Below, piece by piece: positions 46,100-55,714 of a DNA stretch of 60,360 bases (the stretch's first letter is position 1; each line of letters starts with the position of its first letter). The stretch is from positions 1-60,360 of the forward strand of contig JAZNFW010000116.1 of the NCBI GenBank assembly GCA_045576175.1, read 5' to 3'. Under the pieces are notes generated by a model. The model ran no database searches. It had not been told where the DNA came from and worked only from the letters and a program-made list of their open reading frames with translations. Source of the DNA: Clostridia bacterium (GTDB taxonomy: Bacteria > Bacillota > Clostridia > UMGS1810). A program made the position numbers and the translations under genes.

Positions 46100-47410
46100 T
46101 CACTTTTTTCGTAATTTTATTTTAGCCGTTTTTATGTTTTGTGTAATGGGCTGTCTGCTGGGGCATATGTATGAGCAAACACCGCATTCTATGCAGTCCA
46201 TTATGTTATATTTTTGCATATTTTCTGTATCGTTTATCTTTATGTAGCTATTAAGGAGAGCAGGTACGAGTCTCATAGGGCAAGCACCTACGCATTTGCC
46301 GCATTTAACGCAGTTTACGGTTTCCCTTTTGTCCATTTCCTCATCGGTAAAGGCTAAAAGAGCCGAAGTCCCTTTTATTGCGGGAGCATCAAGACAGTAC
46401 TGAGCTGTGCCCATCATAGGACCGCCCATTATAATCTTTTTTGCGCTTTCAAAGTCACAATCCGCACTTTGGAGTACATCACGCAGGGGTGTACCCGTTC
46501 TTACGCAGAAGTTAGATGGCTTTCTTATGGCACTACCCGAAACAGTAACAACTCTCGAAAGCACCGGCTTTCTGAATGTGAGGGCATTGTAAACGGCTAT
46601 ACAAGAGTCTATGTTATTTACAACCACACCCACATCTGCAGGAAGCTTTCCGCTGGGCACTTCTCTGCCCGTTACAGCCTTTATAAGATGCTTTTCGCTT
46701 CCTTGCGGATATTTTGTTTTAAGTACCTTTACCTCTGTACCTGGAAAGGAAGATGATAGTCTTTGCATAGAAGCTATTGCATCGGGCTTGTTGTTTTCAA
46801 TGCCTATTAAGCACTTTGTAACTCCGAGGATGCTTTTTATAAGCTCTGCACCCTTAAATATCTTTTCGGGAGTTTCTATCATAAGTCTGTAATCACTTGT
46901 AAGATAAGGCTCGCACTCGGCACCGTTTATTATAAGACAATCTATCTTTTTATCCTCGGGGGGATTTAGCTTTATGTGAGTGGGGAAGGTAGCACCGCCA
47001 AGTCCCACAAGTCCCATCTCTCTTATTATTGCAAGCTTTTCCTCTTTGGTGAGAGTGTCCACATCGTCATATTCGTGAATTGTAGGCACGCATTCGTCCT
47101 GAAAGTCGTTTTCTATTACAACACTCAAAACTATAGTGCCGTTTGGATGCGGTCTAGGTTCTATGTAAGTTACAGTGCCCGAAACAGACGAATGAATAGG
47201 TGCACTTACAAAAGCATCGCTGTCACCGATTTTTTGCCCTCTTAAAACTCTGTCGCCCACAGAAACGGTAGGGGAGCACGGAGCACCTATGTGCTGTTGC
47301 ATAGGGAATACCATCGTTTTGGACGGAGCTAGCTTTACAACTTCGCAGTTTTCAGTTTCTTTTTTGTGGTCATTTGGATGAAGACCGCCTTTAAAGGTTA
47401 AATTCTTCAA
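46100..47410 (-). CDS. rnfC: Rnf complex subunit C (NADH-binding, 2x[4Fe-4S])
   Basis: GLVGLGGATFPTH, then CVKCGKCVGACP and CIECGVCSYICP. Confidence 0.9.
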   Translation of the reverse strand: MKNLTFKGGLHPNDHKKETENCEVVKLAPSKTMVFPMQQHIGAPCSPTVSVGDRVLRGQKIGDSDAFVSAPIHSSVSGTVTYIEPRPHPNGTIVLSVVIENDFQDECVPTIHEYDDVDTLTKEEKLAIIREMGLVGLGGATFPTHIKLNPPEDKKIDCLIINGAECEPYLTSDYRLMIETPEKIFKGAELIKSILGVTKCLIGIENNKPDAIASMQRLSSSFPGTEVKVLKTKYPQGSEKHLIKAVTGREVPSGKLPADVGVVVNNIDSCIAVYNALTFRKPVLSRVVTVSGSAIRKPSNFCVRTGTPLRDVLQSADCDFESAKKIIMGGPMMGTAQYCLDAPAIKGTSALLAFTDEEMDKRETVNCVKCGKCVGACPMRLVPALLNSYIKINDTENMQKYNIMDCIECGVCSYICPSRQPITQNIKTAKIKLRKK

Positions 47411-47429
47411 CTGTATGTCACTTCTTTCA

Positions 47430-48875
47430 TTATTTTTTGTGTTGACGCAAAAGTTCCTCTTTTATATCCCACAGATTTTTCGACAAATCTACATAGTATT
47501 TATGCGGATTTTCAAATCTTTTTACTTCGTTCCATATGCCGTCCACCTGCTTTGCACAGAAAGAGCGGATTTCGTCTATATGGGGGCTTTCATATACCAG
47601 TGTGCCTTTTTTAAATATCGGCACAAGGAGTTCTTTTGCATAGTAGTTTGTAATTGTTTTTCTCTTCCAGGTGTGCTCTGGGTCAAATATTTCGTAATCG
47701 GAGCCGTCTGGAAGCGGCTCATCATTTAGCATAATAAGGTCTGCAATAGCCTTGTCGTTATCTTTGGAGTAGAAACGCACCAGTTTTTTGTTGCAGGGGT
47801 TTGTGATTTTGGCAGTATTTTCGCTTAATTTGATTTTGGGGATCTCACGCCCGCTTTCATCATATACGCTTGTAAGCTTATATACACCGCCGAACACCGG
47901 CTCGCTTCGGGAGGTTATGAGTCTTTCACCCACACCGAAAGAGTCTATTTTTGCATCCTGATGTATAAGGTCTCTTATGATGTATTCATCGAGCGAATTG
48001 GATGCAACAATCTTTACATCGTAGAGTCCCTCGCTGTCGAGAATTTCACGCACCTTTGAGGAAAGATATGCTATATCTCCGCTGTCTATACGCACGCCAC
48101 TGGGCTTGTGGCCGTTTGGTATAAGATATTCTTTAAACACTCTTATGGCGTTTGGCAGACCCGAATTTAAAACATTGTATGTATCTATAAGCAGAGTACA
48201 CGAATCGGGATAGGTCTTGGCATAAGCCATAAATGCCTCATATTCTGTATCGAACATCTGTATCCAGCTGTGAGCCATTGTGCCAAGGGCGGGTATTTTA
48301 AATTTCTGGTCGGCAAGAGTGCAGGCAGTACCAATGCATCCTGCAATATATGCCGCCCTTGCACCGTTTATTGCACCGGTGCTTCCCTGAGCACGCCTTG
48401 AACCAAATTCCATAACGGCACGGCCCTTGGCAGCTCTTACAATTCTGTTTGCCTTGGTAGCAATAAGGCACTGGTGGTTTATGGTTATAAGAAGCATAGT
48501 CTCTATAAGCTGTGCCTCAATTACAGGTCCTACAACCTTTACAATGGGTTCGCCGGGGAATATGGGTGTTCCTTCTTTAATGGCATATATATCGCAGGTA
48601 AACTTAAAGTTTTTAAGATAATCTAAAAATCTTTTGTCAAACATACCTCTTGACTCAAGATATTCTATGTCCTCGTCCGAAAAAGACAAGTTTTTAAGGT
48701 AGTCCACAAGCTGTTCGACACCTGCCATTATGGCAAAACCGCCATCGTCGGGAATCTTGCGGAAAAACATATCAAAGCAGGCTATTTTGTCCTTAAACCC
48801 ATGCTCAAAGTAGCCGTTTGACATAGTTAGTTCATAAAAATCCATAAGCATTGTAAGGTTTTCTTTAAAGTTCAT
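47430..48875 (-). CDS. pncB: Nicotinate phosphoribosyltransferase
   Basis: NLTMLMDFYELTMSNGYF, MEFGSRRAQG and GTMAHSWIQ. The start is moved to MNFKENL (ATG 48875), which has GGAGG 7 nt upstream. The stop lies only 19 nt before the rnfC start. Confidence 0.85.
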   Translation of the reverse strand: MNFKENLTMLMDFYELTMSNGYFEHGFKDKIACFDMFFRKIPDDGGFAIMAGVEQLVDYLKNLSFSDEDIEYLESRGMFDKRFLDYLKNFKFTCDIYAIKEGTPIFPGEPIVKVVGPVIEAQLIETMLLITINHQCLIATKANRIVRAAKGRAVMEFGSRRAQGSTGAINGARAAYIAGCIGTACTLADQKFKIPALGTMAHSWIQMFDTEYEAFMAYAKTYPDSCTLLIDTYNVLNSGLPNAIRVFKEYLIPNGHKPSGVRIDSGDIAYLSSKVREILDSEGLYDVKIVASNSLDEYIIRDLIHQDAKIDSFGVGERLITSRSEPVFGGVYKLTSVYDESGREIPKIKLSENTAKITNPCNKKLVRFYSKDNDKAIADLIMLNDEPLPDGSDYEIFDPEHTWKRKTITNYYAKELLVPIFKKGTLVYESPHIDEIRSFCAKQVDGIWNEVKRFENPHKYYVDLSKNLWDIKEELLRQHKK

Positions 48876-48943
48876 TTGTATGCCTCCAATAATAACGAAG
48901 AACTTCCCCAAAATATGTGTTTAGGAAAGTTCCGTTTGTAAAT

Positions 48944-49225
48944 TTATTTGTTCATAGCGTCTTCAAGCCAATATGCCCCTATATCGAGCGCACGGTAAAG
49001 CCCTTCGCGTTCTGCCTTTTTCTCTACTCTGCCGTCTGACATGAGAGATACTACAACCTCTGTTGCAAGCTCAAGGTCCTGGTATGACTCTGTATCCAGG
49101 ATTTCTATACAGACATAGTATTTGTCCACAATATCTCCGTATATAACGGTATTTCCTCTCTTGACAAGTGGTCTTCCTTTGTATATAAGAGCTGTCTGCT
49201 CCTTCTTTTTAGCCAAAAAAATCAC
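48944..49225 (-). CDS. Small hypothetical protein (~90 aa)
   Basis: An ORF with coding-like composition, but I do not recognise a family. The track's GTG start abuts AGGAG; the TTG at 49216 has 8-nt spacing, so the start is uncertain. Confidence 0.5.
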   Translation of the reverse strand: MIFLAKKKEQTALIYKGRPLVKRGNTVIYGDIVDKYYVCIEILDTESYQDLELATEVVVSLMSDGRVEKKAEREGLYRALDIGAYWLEDAMNK

Positions 49226-49325
49226 TCCTAGTATATTATTAGTATTATTCTAACACATAAAAGAATAAAAGTAAAGCAATAATAGTAAAAAAACAAGAAC
49301 AATCGTTAAAAACGGAGATTTTTGT

Positions 49326-50006
49326 ATGACCATACTTTTTGTAAGGACACTTATTATATATTCCATAGTTGTTTTATCCTTGCGTCTTATGGGCAAAAGA
49401 CAAATAGGACAGCTTCAACCGTCGGAACTTGTGGTAGCAATTATGATATCCGACCTTGCCACTATGCCGATGAGCGATGTATCCATGCCGTTATTATATG
49501 GAATTGTGCCCATTTTTACTCTTGTTGTATGCGAAATGCTTTTGTCTTTTTTGAGCCTCAAAAGTGAGTGGATACGGGTTGTCTTAAGCGGTAGACCGCA
49601 GCTTCTTGTACGAAAAGGCCGTATTCAAAGAAAGGAGCTTCTCCACTCCAGAATAAATGCCGATGATCTTATGGAGGAGCTTCGCAAGGCAGGGTATTTC
49701 AGCTTAAATGATGTAGACACCGTGATTTTGGAAACGGGCGGAACTCTCTCTGTTATACCCAACGCCAAGGCATCTCAGCCCACAAACGAGGACCTTGGTA
49801 TACACAGTCAGCAAGAAGAGGTACCTTATATAATTATTGCCGACGGCAAGATAAGAAAAAGTGAACTTGTCCGCTCGGGGAGAGACGAGAACTGGATTAA
49901 AAAAATCCTAAAAGAAAACAAAATAAAGAGTATAAAGGATGTATTTATACTTTCTCAGGACGGCGGAGGAAGAATATTTGTACAGAAAAAGAGTGATGAT
50001 AAGTGA
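49326..50006 (+). CDS. DUF421 (YetF-like) membrane protein
   Basis: LFVRTLIIYSIVVLSLRLMGKRQIGQLQPSELVVAIMISDLA is the typical YetF/DUF421 N-terminus. Confidence 0.75.
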   Translation: MTILFVRTLIIYSIVVLSLRLMGKRQIGQLQPSELVVAIMISDLATMPMSDVSMPLLYGIVPIFTLVVCEMLLSFLSLKSEWIRVVLSGRPQLLVRKGRIQRKELLHSRINADDLMEELRKAGYFSLNDVDTVILETGGTLSVIPNAKASQPTNEDLGIHSQQEEVPYIIIADGKIRKSELVRSGRDENWIKKILKENKIKSIKDVFILSQDGGGRIFVQKKSDDK

Positions 50007-50356
50007 GAGATGAGATTGTTTGCTGTATTATACTTTTTGCCCTTATAGGTCTTTTTGTCTACAACTCATATGTGGTGGAGGACAATACCAAAGATGTAAT
50101 AGAGGCAATAGAAAAAGCCGAGGAGAGTGGAAAGGATTATGAGGATATCCTAACAAGGTGGAAAAAGGAGAAAAAGGCACTTTTTTATATTTGCAGCCAC
50201 ACTATTATTATGCAGATAGACGAGAACATAAATTTAGGCTGTGAGTATGTAAAGCTTGGCGACAGTGAGCGCTCAGAATATATGTTCAAAAAGGCGAGAG
50301 TACTTTTAGAGGACCTTGCACAACGCGAGAAAATTAAACTTGACAATATTTTTTAA
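50003..50356 (+). CDS. DUF4363-like small membrane-anchored protein
   Basis: Single N-terminal TM segment plus a helical domain. GTGA overlap with the DUF421 gene, its usual partner. Confidence 0.6.
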   Translation: MRDEIVCCIILFALIGLFVYNSYVVEDNTKDVIEAIEKAEESGKDYEDILTRWKKEKKALFYICSHTIIMQIDENINLGCEYVKLGDSERSEYMFKKARVLLEDLAQREKIKLDNIF

Positions 50357-50405
50357 TTGAAATATTATAATATATATGCTAATATAATGTTACGGAGATT
50401 TACTT

Positions 50406-50828
50406 ATGAGAATAATGGGAATTGATTACGGCGATTCCAGAGTGGGAATTGCTCTTTCTGACCCTCTGGGCATTACAGCTCAGGGACTTACAACACTTCC
50501 TAACAAGGTGTACGATAAGATGCTTAAAAACCTTGTTTCGCTCGTTTTGGAGCATAGTGTAGACAAGATAGTGCTGGGTATGCCCAAAAACCTAAACGGA
50601 AGCCTTGGTATAAGAGCAGAGGTAACACAGGATTTTCTTAAGGATTTACAAAGGGAAATTCCCGATATGGAGATTATCCTTTGGGATGAGAGGCTCACTA
50701 CCGTTGAGGCAAGCGGAGTGCTCAATGTAACCAATACCCGCGGCAAAGACAGAAAGAATGTAATCGACACAGTTGCAGCTTCGATTATACTTCAGAGTTA
50801 CTTAGATTATTTAAAACGAGGAGAATGA
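50406..50828 (+). CDS. ruvX: Holliday-junction-resolvase-like nuclease RuvX/YqgF
   Basis: MRIMGIDYGDSRVGIALSD...WDERLTT. Confidence 0.9.
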   Translation: MRIMGIDYGDSRVGIALSDPLGITAQGLTTLPNKVYDKMLKNLVSLVLEHSVDKIVLGMPKNLNGSLGIRAEVTQDFLKDLQREIPDMEIILWDERLTTVEASGVLNVTNTRGKDRKNVIDTVAASIILQSYLDYLKRGE

Positions 50829-51106
50829 TTATGGAACAGGAAAACATCATTACATTAACAGGCGAAAACGGAGAAGCATTCGATTTTGAAATAGCTGATT
50901 CCTTTGAGCTTGAGGGCAACAAGTATATAGCTCTTATTCCTCCCGAGGATGCAGACGCAGAGGAAGACGAGGTACTCATTATGCGAATAGAAACTGAGGA
51001 TGAGGAAGAGACTATTCTCACACAGATAGACAGCGATGAGGAACTTGACAAAGCATTCGAAATGTTTAAAGACAGATGCGCAGATCTTTTTGATTTTGCA
51101 GACTAA
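50825..51106 (+). CDS. DUF1292 family protein
   Basis: A small acidic protein (ITLTGENGEAFDFEIADSFELEGNKYIALIP) directly after ruvX, as in many Firmicutes. ATGA overlap. Confidence 0.75.
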   Translation: MIMEQENIITLTGENGEAFDFEIADSFELEGNKYIALIPPEDADAEEDEVLIMRIETEDEEETILTQIDSDEELDKAFEMFKDRCADLFDFAD

Positions 51107-51120
51107 TACAAATACAGTAC

Positions 51121-51320
51121 ATCACCCCTGCGGTGTTCGTGGTGCGGATTATTTTAACCAACAAAAAATGAACGGAATCCCAATCTCTGAGTGTGGCTGT
51201 ATACCCGGCATAGCGACTTTGTGCCCTTATAAGACCGGGAAACAATAAGCACTCAGGCGGAGTCCACCTGCTTGCGCAGGTTAAAAATACATCCGCCAAG
51301 CACGGCACGGTGGGGTTTTT
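51121..51320 (+). ncRNA. ssrS: Candidate 6S RNA (about 200 nt)
   Basis: Long closing stem: 5' CCCC..GTGTT.GTG..GCGGAT (51125-51149) pairs with 3' ATCCGC..CAC.GGCAC..GGGG (51291-51315), followed by TTTTT. Asymmetric A-rich central bubble. Internal stem CTGAGTG/CACTCAG with a CCCGG/CCGGG apical region. Small hairpin CCTGC-ttgc-GCAGG in the 3' bubble strand. No credible ORF. Confidence 0.55.
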
Positions 51321-51384
51321 ATTTTTACATAAAAAATCTATTCTTGCCAAATATTATGTGTATCATAATGTTTGGAGGAATAGT

Positions 51385-51738
51385 ATGAAAAATGGATGGA
51401 AACTCGCACTTGGCGGGCTTGCTGCAGGTGTGTGCAACGGAATTTTCGGCTCAGGCGGAGGTATGATTGCGGTACCCCTTTTGCAAAAAGCGGGGCTTAG
51501 TGCTCACAAAGCACATTCCACGGCTCTGGCGGTTATTTTGCCCCTTACGGTAGTGAGCATCTTTAGGTATGCTTCATTTGGTACAGTTAAGATGTCCGTG
51601 CTGGTCACCATTTGTGCGGGCGGCGTGGTTGGCGGAATTCTTGGTGCCAAGCTTTTAAAACGATTTTCGGGAAAGTGGCTTAGCCGTATATTCGGTGTGT
51701 TTATGATAATAGCAGCAGTAAGGATGGTGATGTCCTGA
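51385..51738 (+). CDS. TSUP (TauE/SafE) family transporter, N-terminal half-size protein
   Basis: 117 aa with ~4 TM segments and G-rich helices (GIFGSGGGMIAVPLL). The start is moved to MKNGWKL with GGAGG upstream; the track's start would overlap the RNA terminator. Confidence 0.7.
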   Translation: MKNGWKLALGGLAAGVCNGIFGSGGGMIAVPLLQKAGLSAHKAHSTALAVILPLTVVSIFRYASFGTVKMSVLVTICAGGVVGGILGAKLLKRFSGKWLSRIFGVFMIIAAVRMVMS

Positions 51739-52115
51739 TGCTACTTATTGCAAGCATTATATCGGGAGCCATCGGCGGTATGGGAATAGGCGGCGGAGTT
51801 GTACTCATACCCGTACTTACCTCGTTTTTTGATATAAGCCAGAAGAATGCACAGTTTATAAATCTTATATACTTTGTACCGCTTTCAATATGCGCTCTTT
51901 TTGTTCACATAAGGGCAAAGAGGGTAGATGTGAAAAAAGCACTTTTTATGGCTTTGGGCGGAATTGCGGGGGCACTTTTAGGGTGCGAAATTGCCGCAAG
52001 AATAAGCGTTGATATACTAAGGAAATTTTTCGGTTTCTTCCTGCTTTTTGTGGGAATAACCAGATTCAAAAATACAAACAAAAATGCGTCCGAAAGGGAG
52101 GATGTACATGACTAA
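51738..52115 (+). CDS. TSUP (TauE/SafE) family transporter, C-terminal half-size protein
   Basis: 125 aa with GAIGGMGIGGGVVLIPVL. 1-nt overlap (TGATG) with the first half. Confidence 0.7.
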   Translation: MLLIASIISGAIGGMGIGGGVVLIPVLTSFFDISQKNAQFINLIYFVPLSICALFVHIRAKRVDVKKALFMALGGIAGALLGCEIAARISVDILRKFFGFFLLFVGITRFKNTNKNASEREDVHD

Positions 52116-53508
52116 TGCAGGCATAGAAGCATTCAAAAAAGGACTTATCGGCAAAAAAATAGCAGTGCTTGGCATGGGTGTGAGCAATCTGCCCGCTCTT
52201 GACTTTTTGTCCCAATGCGGAAGTATTATCACTGCGTGTGATTTAAGAAAGGAGACCGATATCTCCAAAGAGGTAATGGACAAGATAAAATCCGTTTGTG
52301 ATAATTGGCACTTGGGAGAGGACTACCTTGATTATCTTAATGAGCAGGACATTATATTAAAATCTCCCGGAATAAATCCATGGAACCCAAAGATACAGGA
52401 AGCTATTAAAAACGGCGTGGAAATCACCAGCGAAATGGAGATATTTATGTCTATTTGCCCCTGCAAAATGATAGGTGTAACAGGAAGCGACGGTAAAACA
52501 ACAACCACCACCCTTATATACAAAATCCTCTTAGAAGAGGGTTATCGCTGTCACATAGGGGGAAATATAGGAACTCCTCTTCTAAACAAGGTAGAGAGTA
52601 TGCTCCCCGATGACATAGTAATACTTGAGCTTTCAAGCTTTCAGCTTATGAATATGAGGGTTAGCCCGCAAATAGCGGTAATAACCAACATTACACCAAA
52701 CCATCTGGACTATCACAAGGATATGTCTGAATATGTTGAAGCAAAAAAGCAGATTTTTGCTCATCAGGACTTCCAAGGCAAGCTTGTAATAAATGGCGAC
52801 AGTGCAATAACAGCATCCTTCAACGGCAAGCAAAACGGCAGTGTTGAGGTTTTCTCCAGAAAATACTCCGACAGCGATGCCACCGTGTGTGACGGATATT
52901 TGTGCATTGGCAAAAAGAAGGTAGTGCCCGTTTCGGAAATTAAGATTAAGGGCTGGCACAATGCCGAAAACTATCTTGCTGCTATGCTTGCCACAAGGGA
53001 ACTTGCAGACACTCAGTCTATGGCAAATGTTGCAAGAACCTTTGGCGGTGTTGAGCACCGTATGGAATTTGTAAGACACATAGACGGCGTAAACTTCTAC
53101 AACGATTCCATAGGCACCTCGCCCACAAGAACTATGGCAGGGCTTACTGCTCACGAGGGCGACATTGTTCTTATAGCAGGCGGAAAAGACAAAAATCTAG
53201 ATTACGATGAGCTTGGTGCACTAATAAGAGATAAGGTCAAGGTGCTTGTTCTTATAGGACCTACTGCAGATAAGATAGAAGAGTCTGTTAAAAAGGCATT
53301 TGGTGAAAGAGAGGTCACCATACCCATAGTTCGCCAGACAACATACGAAAATGCCGTCAAGGGAGCTTTTGCACTTGCAAGAGGAATTAGAAAAGACGCC
53401 GATGTTTCTGTAATTCTCTCTCCTGCAAGCACAAGCTTTGATATGTTTAAGAATTTTGAAGAAAGAGGAAAAGTTTACAAGGATTTTGTAAACTCACTTG
53501 TAAAGTAA
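52108..53508 (+). CDS. murD: UDP-N-acetylmuramoyl-L-alanine--D-glutamate ligase
   Basis: VLGMGVSN, GVTGSDGKTTTT and NHLDYH. The start is set at MTNAGIE, 6 nt after GGGAGG, and overlaps the TSUP stop by 8 nt. Confidence 0.9.
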   Translation: MTNAGIEAFKKGLIGKKIAVLGMGVSNLPALDFLSQCGSIITACDLRKETDISKEVMDKIKSVCDNWHLGEDYLDYLNEQDIILKSPGINPWNPKIQEAIKNGVEITSEMEIFMSICPCKMIGVTGSDGKTTTTTLIYKILLEEGYRCHIGGNIGTPLLNKVESMLPDDIVILELSSFQLMNMRVSPQIAVITNITPNHLDYHKDMSEYVEAKKQIFAHQDFQGKLVINGDSAITASFNGKQNGSVEVFSRKYSDSDATVCDGYLCIGKKKVVPVSEIKIKGWHNAENYLAAMLATRELADTQSMANVARTFGGVEHRMEFVRHIDGVNFYNDSIGTSPTRTMAGLTAHEGDIVLIAGGKDKNLDYDELGALIRDKVKVLVLIGPTADKIEESVKKAFGEREVTIPIVRQTTYENAVKGAFALARGIRKDADVSVILSPASTSFDMFKNFEERGKVYKDFVNSLVK

Positions 53509-53509
53509 T

Positions 53510-54556
53510 ATGAACATAACGGATACTATAAAAAAACTATCTTCGCTACACGCGGTTTCGGGATATGAATTTAGGATATCCCAGGACATAGCGGATATGT
53601 TTTGTCCGTATTGCGACAGCGTAAGAACAGATGCACTTGGCAGTGTTGTGGGCACAAAAAAGTCTAAAAATCCCAACGCCAAGTCAATAATGATAGAAGC
53701 ACATATGGACGAAATAGGAATGATGGTTACCGATATCGATGAAAAGGGATTTTTGTATTTTACAAACATCGGCGGTATAGACACTCGTATTCTTCCGGGC
53801 AAAGAGGTGCTAGTTCACGGCAGGGAGGAGCTTGTTGGCATCATAGGAGCAAAACCGCCCCATGTGACAAGTAGCGAAGAGAGAAAAAAAGCAATTAGTG
53901 CAGATGATCTCTACATAGATGTTCTCTGCGACAAAAAAAGAGTAAATGAACTTGTATCCGTGGGCGACACAGTAACATTTTTTGACAGTTTTGAAAGCCT
54001 TTCGGACAAATTTATAAGTGCCAAGTCTCAGGATGACCGCACAAGTGTTGCGGTACTTTTGCTTGTAATGCAAAAACTAAAGGATGTAGAGCTTCCGTTT
54101 GATGTTCACTTTTGTGCCTGCGTTCAGGAAGAGGTAGGCAGAAGAGGTGCCGGAGCTCTTGCTACGGCAATAGACCCCGTGTTTGCTGTTGCGGTAGATG
54201 TGTGCCACGCCAAAACTCCCGATTCGTCAGGCTCGGTATTTACCTCAGGATGCGGCACGGTTATAAGCAAGGGTCCAAACATTCATCCCATTCTTTGCAA
54301 ATGTGCAATAGATGTTATGGAGCAAAACGAAATAAAGTATGAGATAGATGTAGACGGCGGGGACACAGGTACAGATGCATGGGCAATCCAGACCGCCAAA
54401 GAGGGAATACCCACCATTTTATTTTCAATACCATTAAAATATATGCACACTATGGTGGAAACCTCTCATATCGATGATGTTATGGCAACGGCTGACGCCA
54501 TAGCCTGTCTTATTAAAAATACTGAGGATGCGGAGGACATAGTATGCTGGGAATAG
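53510..54556 (+). CDS. M42 family metallopeptidase (FrvX/glutamyl aminopeptidase-like)
   Basis: AHMDEIGMMVT, SQDDRTSVA and VQEEVGRRGA. Confidence 0.8.
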   Translation: MNITDTIKKLSSLHAVSGYEFRISQDIADMFCPYCDSVRTDALGSVVGTKKSKNPNAKSIMIEAHMDEIGMMVTDIDEKGFLYFTNIGGIDTRILPGKEVLVHGREELVGIIGAKPPHVTSSEERKKAISADDLYIDVLCDKKRVNELVSVGDTVTFFDSFESLSDKFISAKSQDDRTSVAVLLLVMQKLKDVELPFDVHFCACVQEEVGRRGAGALATAIDPVFAVAVDVCHAKTPDSSGSVFTSGCGTVISKGPNIHPILCKCAIDVMEQNEIKYEIDVDGGDTGTDAWAIQTAKEGIPTILFSIPLKYMHTMVETSHIDDVMATADAIACLIKNTEDAEDIVCWE

Positions 54557-55560
54557 AAAAACTCACAAGTATAAATGCCGTGTCTGGAAATGAGCACAAA
54601 CTAAGAAAGTTCATACAGGAGAAAATCACACCGTATGCAGACTCTGTAACCGTAGATACAATGGGAAACCTTATTGCCTTTAAAAAGGGTACAGAAAATG
54701 GCGGAAAAAGAGTGGTATTAAGTGCCCATATGGACGAGGTTGGCTTTATTGTATCCGATATCACCGACGATGGCTATGTAAAGTTTAAGTCAGTCGGCGG
54801 CATAGACGATAGAATAAAACTTTGCCAGAGAGTCGTAATAGGGGATAATAGTGTAAAAGGTGTTATAGGTGTAAAAGCTGTTCATCTGCAAAGCCCCGAC
54901 GAGAGAAAGAGCGTTATAAAAGAAAAGGATATGTATATAGACATTGGTGCCAAAGACGGCGAAGAAGCAAAGTCTATGGTCAAGCTCGGAGATTATATTG
55001 CCTTCCAATCTGTCTACAGAGAAAACAGTGGTATCATAAAAGCAAAGGCACTCGATGACAGGGTAGGATGTGCACTCCTTTGCGAGCTTATAAAGAAAAC
55101 CTACCAAAACGATATGTATTATTGCTTCTGCGTTCAGGAGGAGGTCGGACTGCGTGGAGCTACTATTGTTTCAAGAAGGCTTAAGGCAGATGTTGCAATA
55201 GTTCTGGAAAGCACCACTGCGTCGGACACACCGGGAACAAATGAGCATATGTATTCATCTGTTACAGGGGGCGGACCTGTTATTTCCGTAATGGACAAGG
55301 GCTCGTATTCCGACAAGGAGTTAAATAAGTTTATAATGGATGTTGCCAAAGATAATAACATTAAATTTCAGCTAAAGAAATCCAGCTTTGGCGGCAACGA
55401 TGCAAGAGCATATCAGATAAGCTCTCTACCGTGCAGAACTGCGGTAATATCCCTGCCGTGCAGATACATTCATTCACCTGTAAGCTGTGCTTTGGCAGAT
55501 GATGTACAGCTTATGCTTAAGCTCTCCGATTGTGTTTGTGAAAAGCTCCATAATTTTTAA
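54544..55560 (+). CDS. M42 family metallopeptidase, paralogue
   Basis: AHMDEVGFIVS, ALDDRVGCA and VQEEVGLRGA. 13-nt overlap with the upstream paralogue. Confidence 0.8.
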   Translation: MLGIEKLTSINAVSGNEHKLRKFIQEKITPYADSVTVDTMGNLIAFKKGTENGGKRVVLSAHMDEVGFIVSDITDDGYVKFKSVGGIDDRIKLCQRVVIGDNSVKGVIGVKAVHLQSPDERKSVIKEKDMYIDIGAKDGEEAKSMVKLGDYIAFQSVYRENSGIIKAKALDDRVGCALLCELIKKTYQNDMYYCFCVQEEVGLRGATIVSRRLKADVAIVLESTTASDTPGTNEHMYSSVTGGGPVISVMDKGSYSDKELNKFIMDVAKDNNIKFQLKKSSFGGNDARAYQISSLPCRTAVISLPCRYIHSPVSCALADDVQLMLKLSDCVCEKLHNF

Positions 55561-55638
55561 CTGCATTATGTATATTGTACAGTAAACAAAAGCATTTTTA
55601 TGAAAAATGCCAAATGTGAAAAACTCTTTTTTTGTTTG

Positions 55639-55667
55639 TTGACTTAATTGGATTTTTGTATTAAAAT
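55639..55667 (+). promoter_or_regulatory. Putative fucI promoter
   Basis: TTGACT (55639-55644), 17 nt, TAAAAT (55662-55667). The RBS GGAGG lies before the ATG at 55715. Confidence 0.55.
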
Positions 55668-55714
55668 ATTAGGTAGAAAGTTTTGAATTTTAATGTAAAC
55701 GGAGGTATGAAAAA

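Noticed and set aside
51121-51320. T-box or other riboswitch leader for the TSUP genes
   Set aside because: I could not find the T-box consensus (AGGGTGGTACCGCG-like) or a specifier-loop layout. The end-to-end rod with a central bubble fits 6S better. It is kept as the alternative hypothesis in the finding.
55592-55610. Hairpin GCATTTTT-atg-AAAAATGC as terminator of the M42 operon
   Set aside because: The stem is purely AT-rich and of low predicted stability with no flanking T-run, so I did not list it as a feature.
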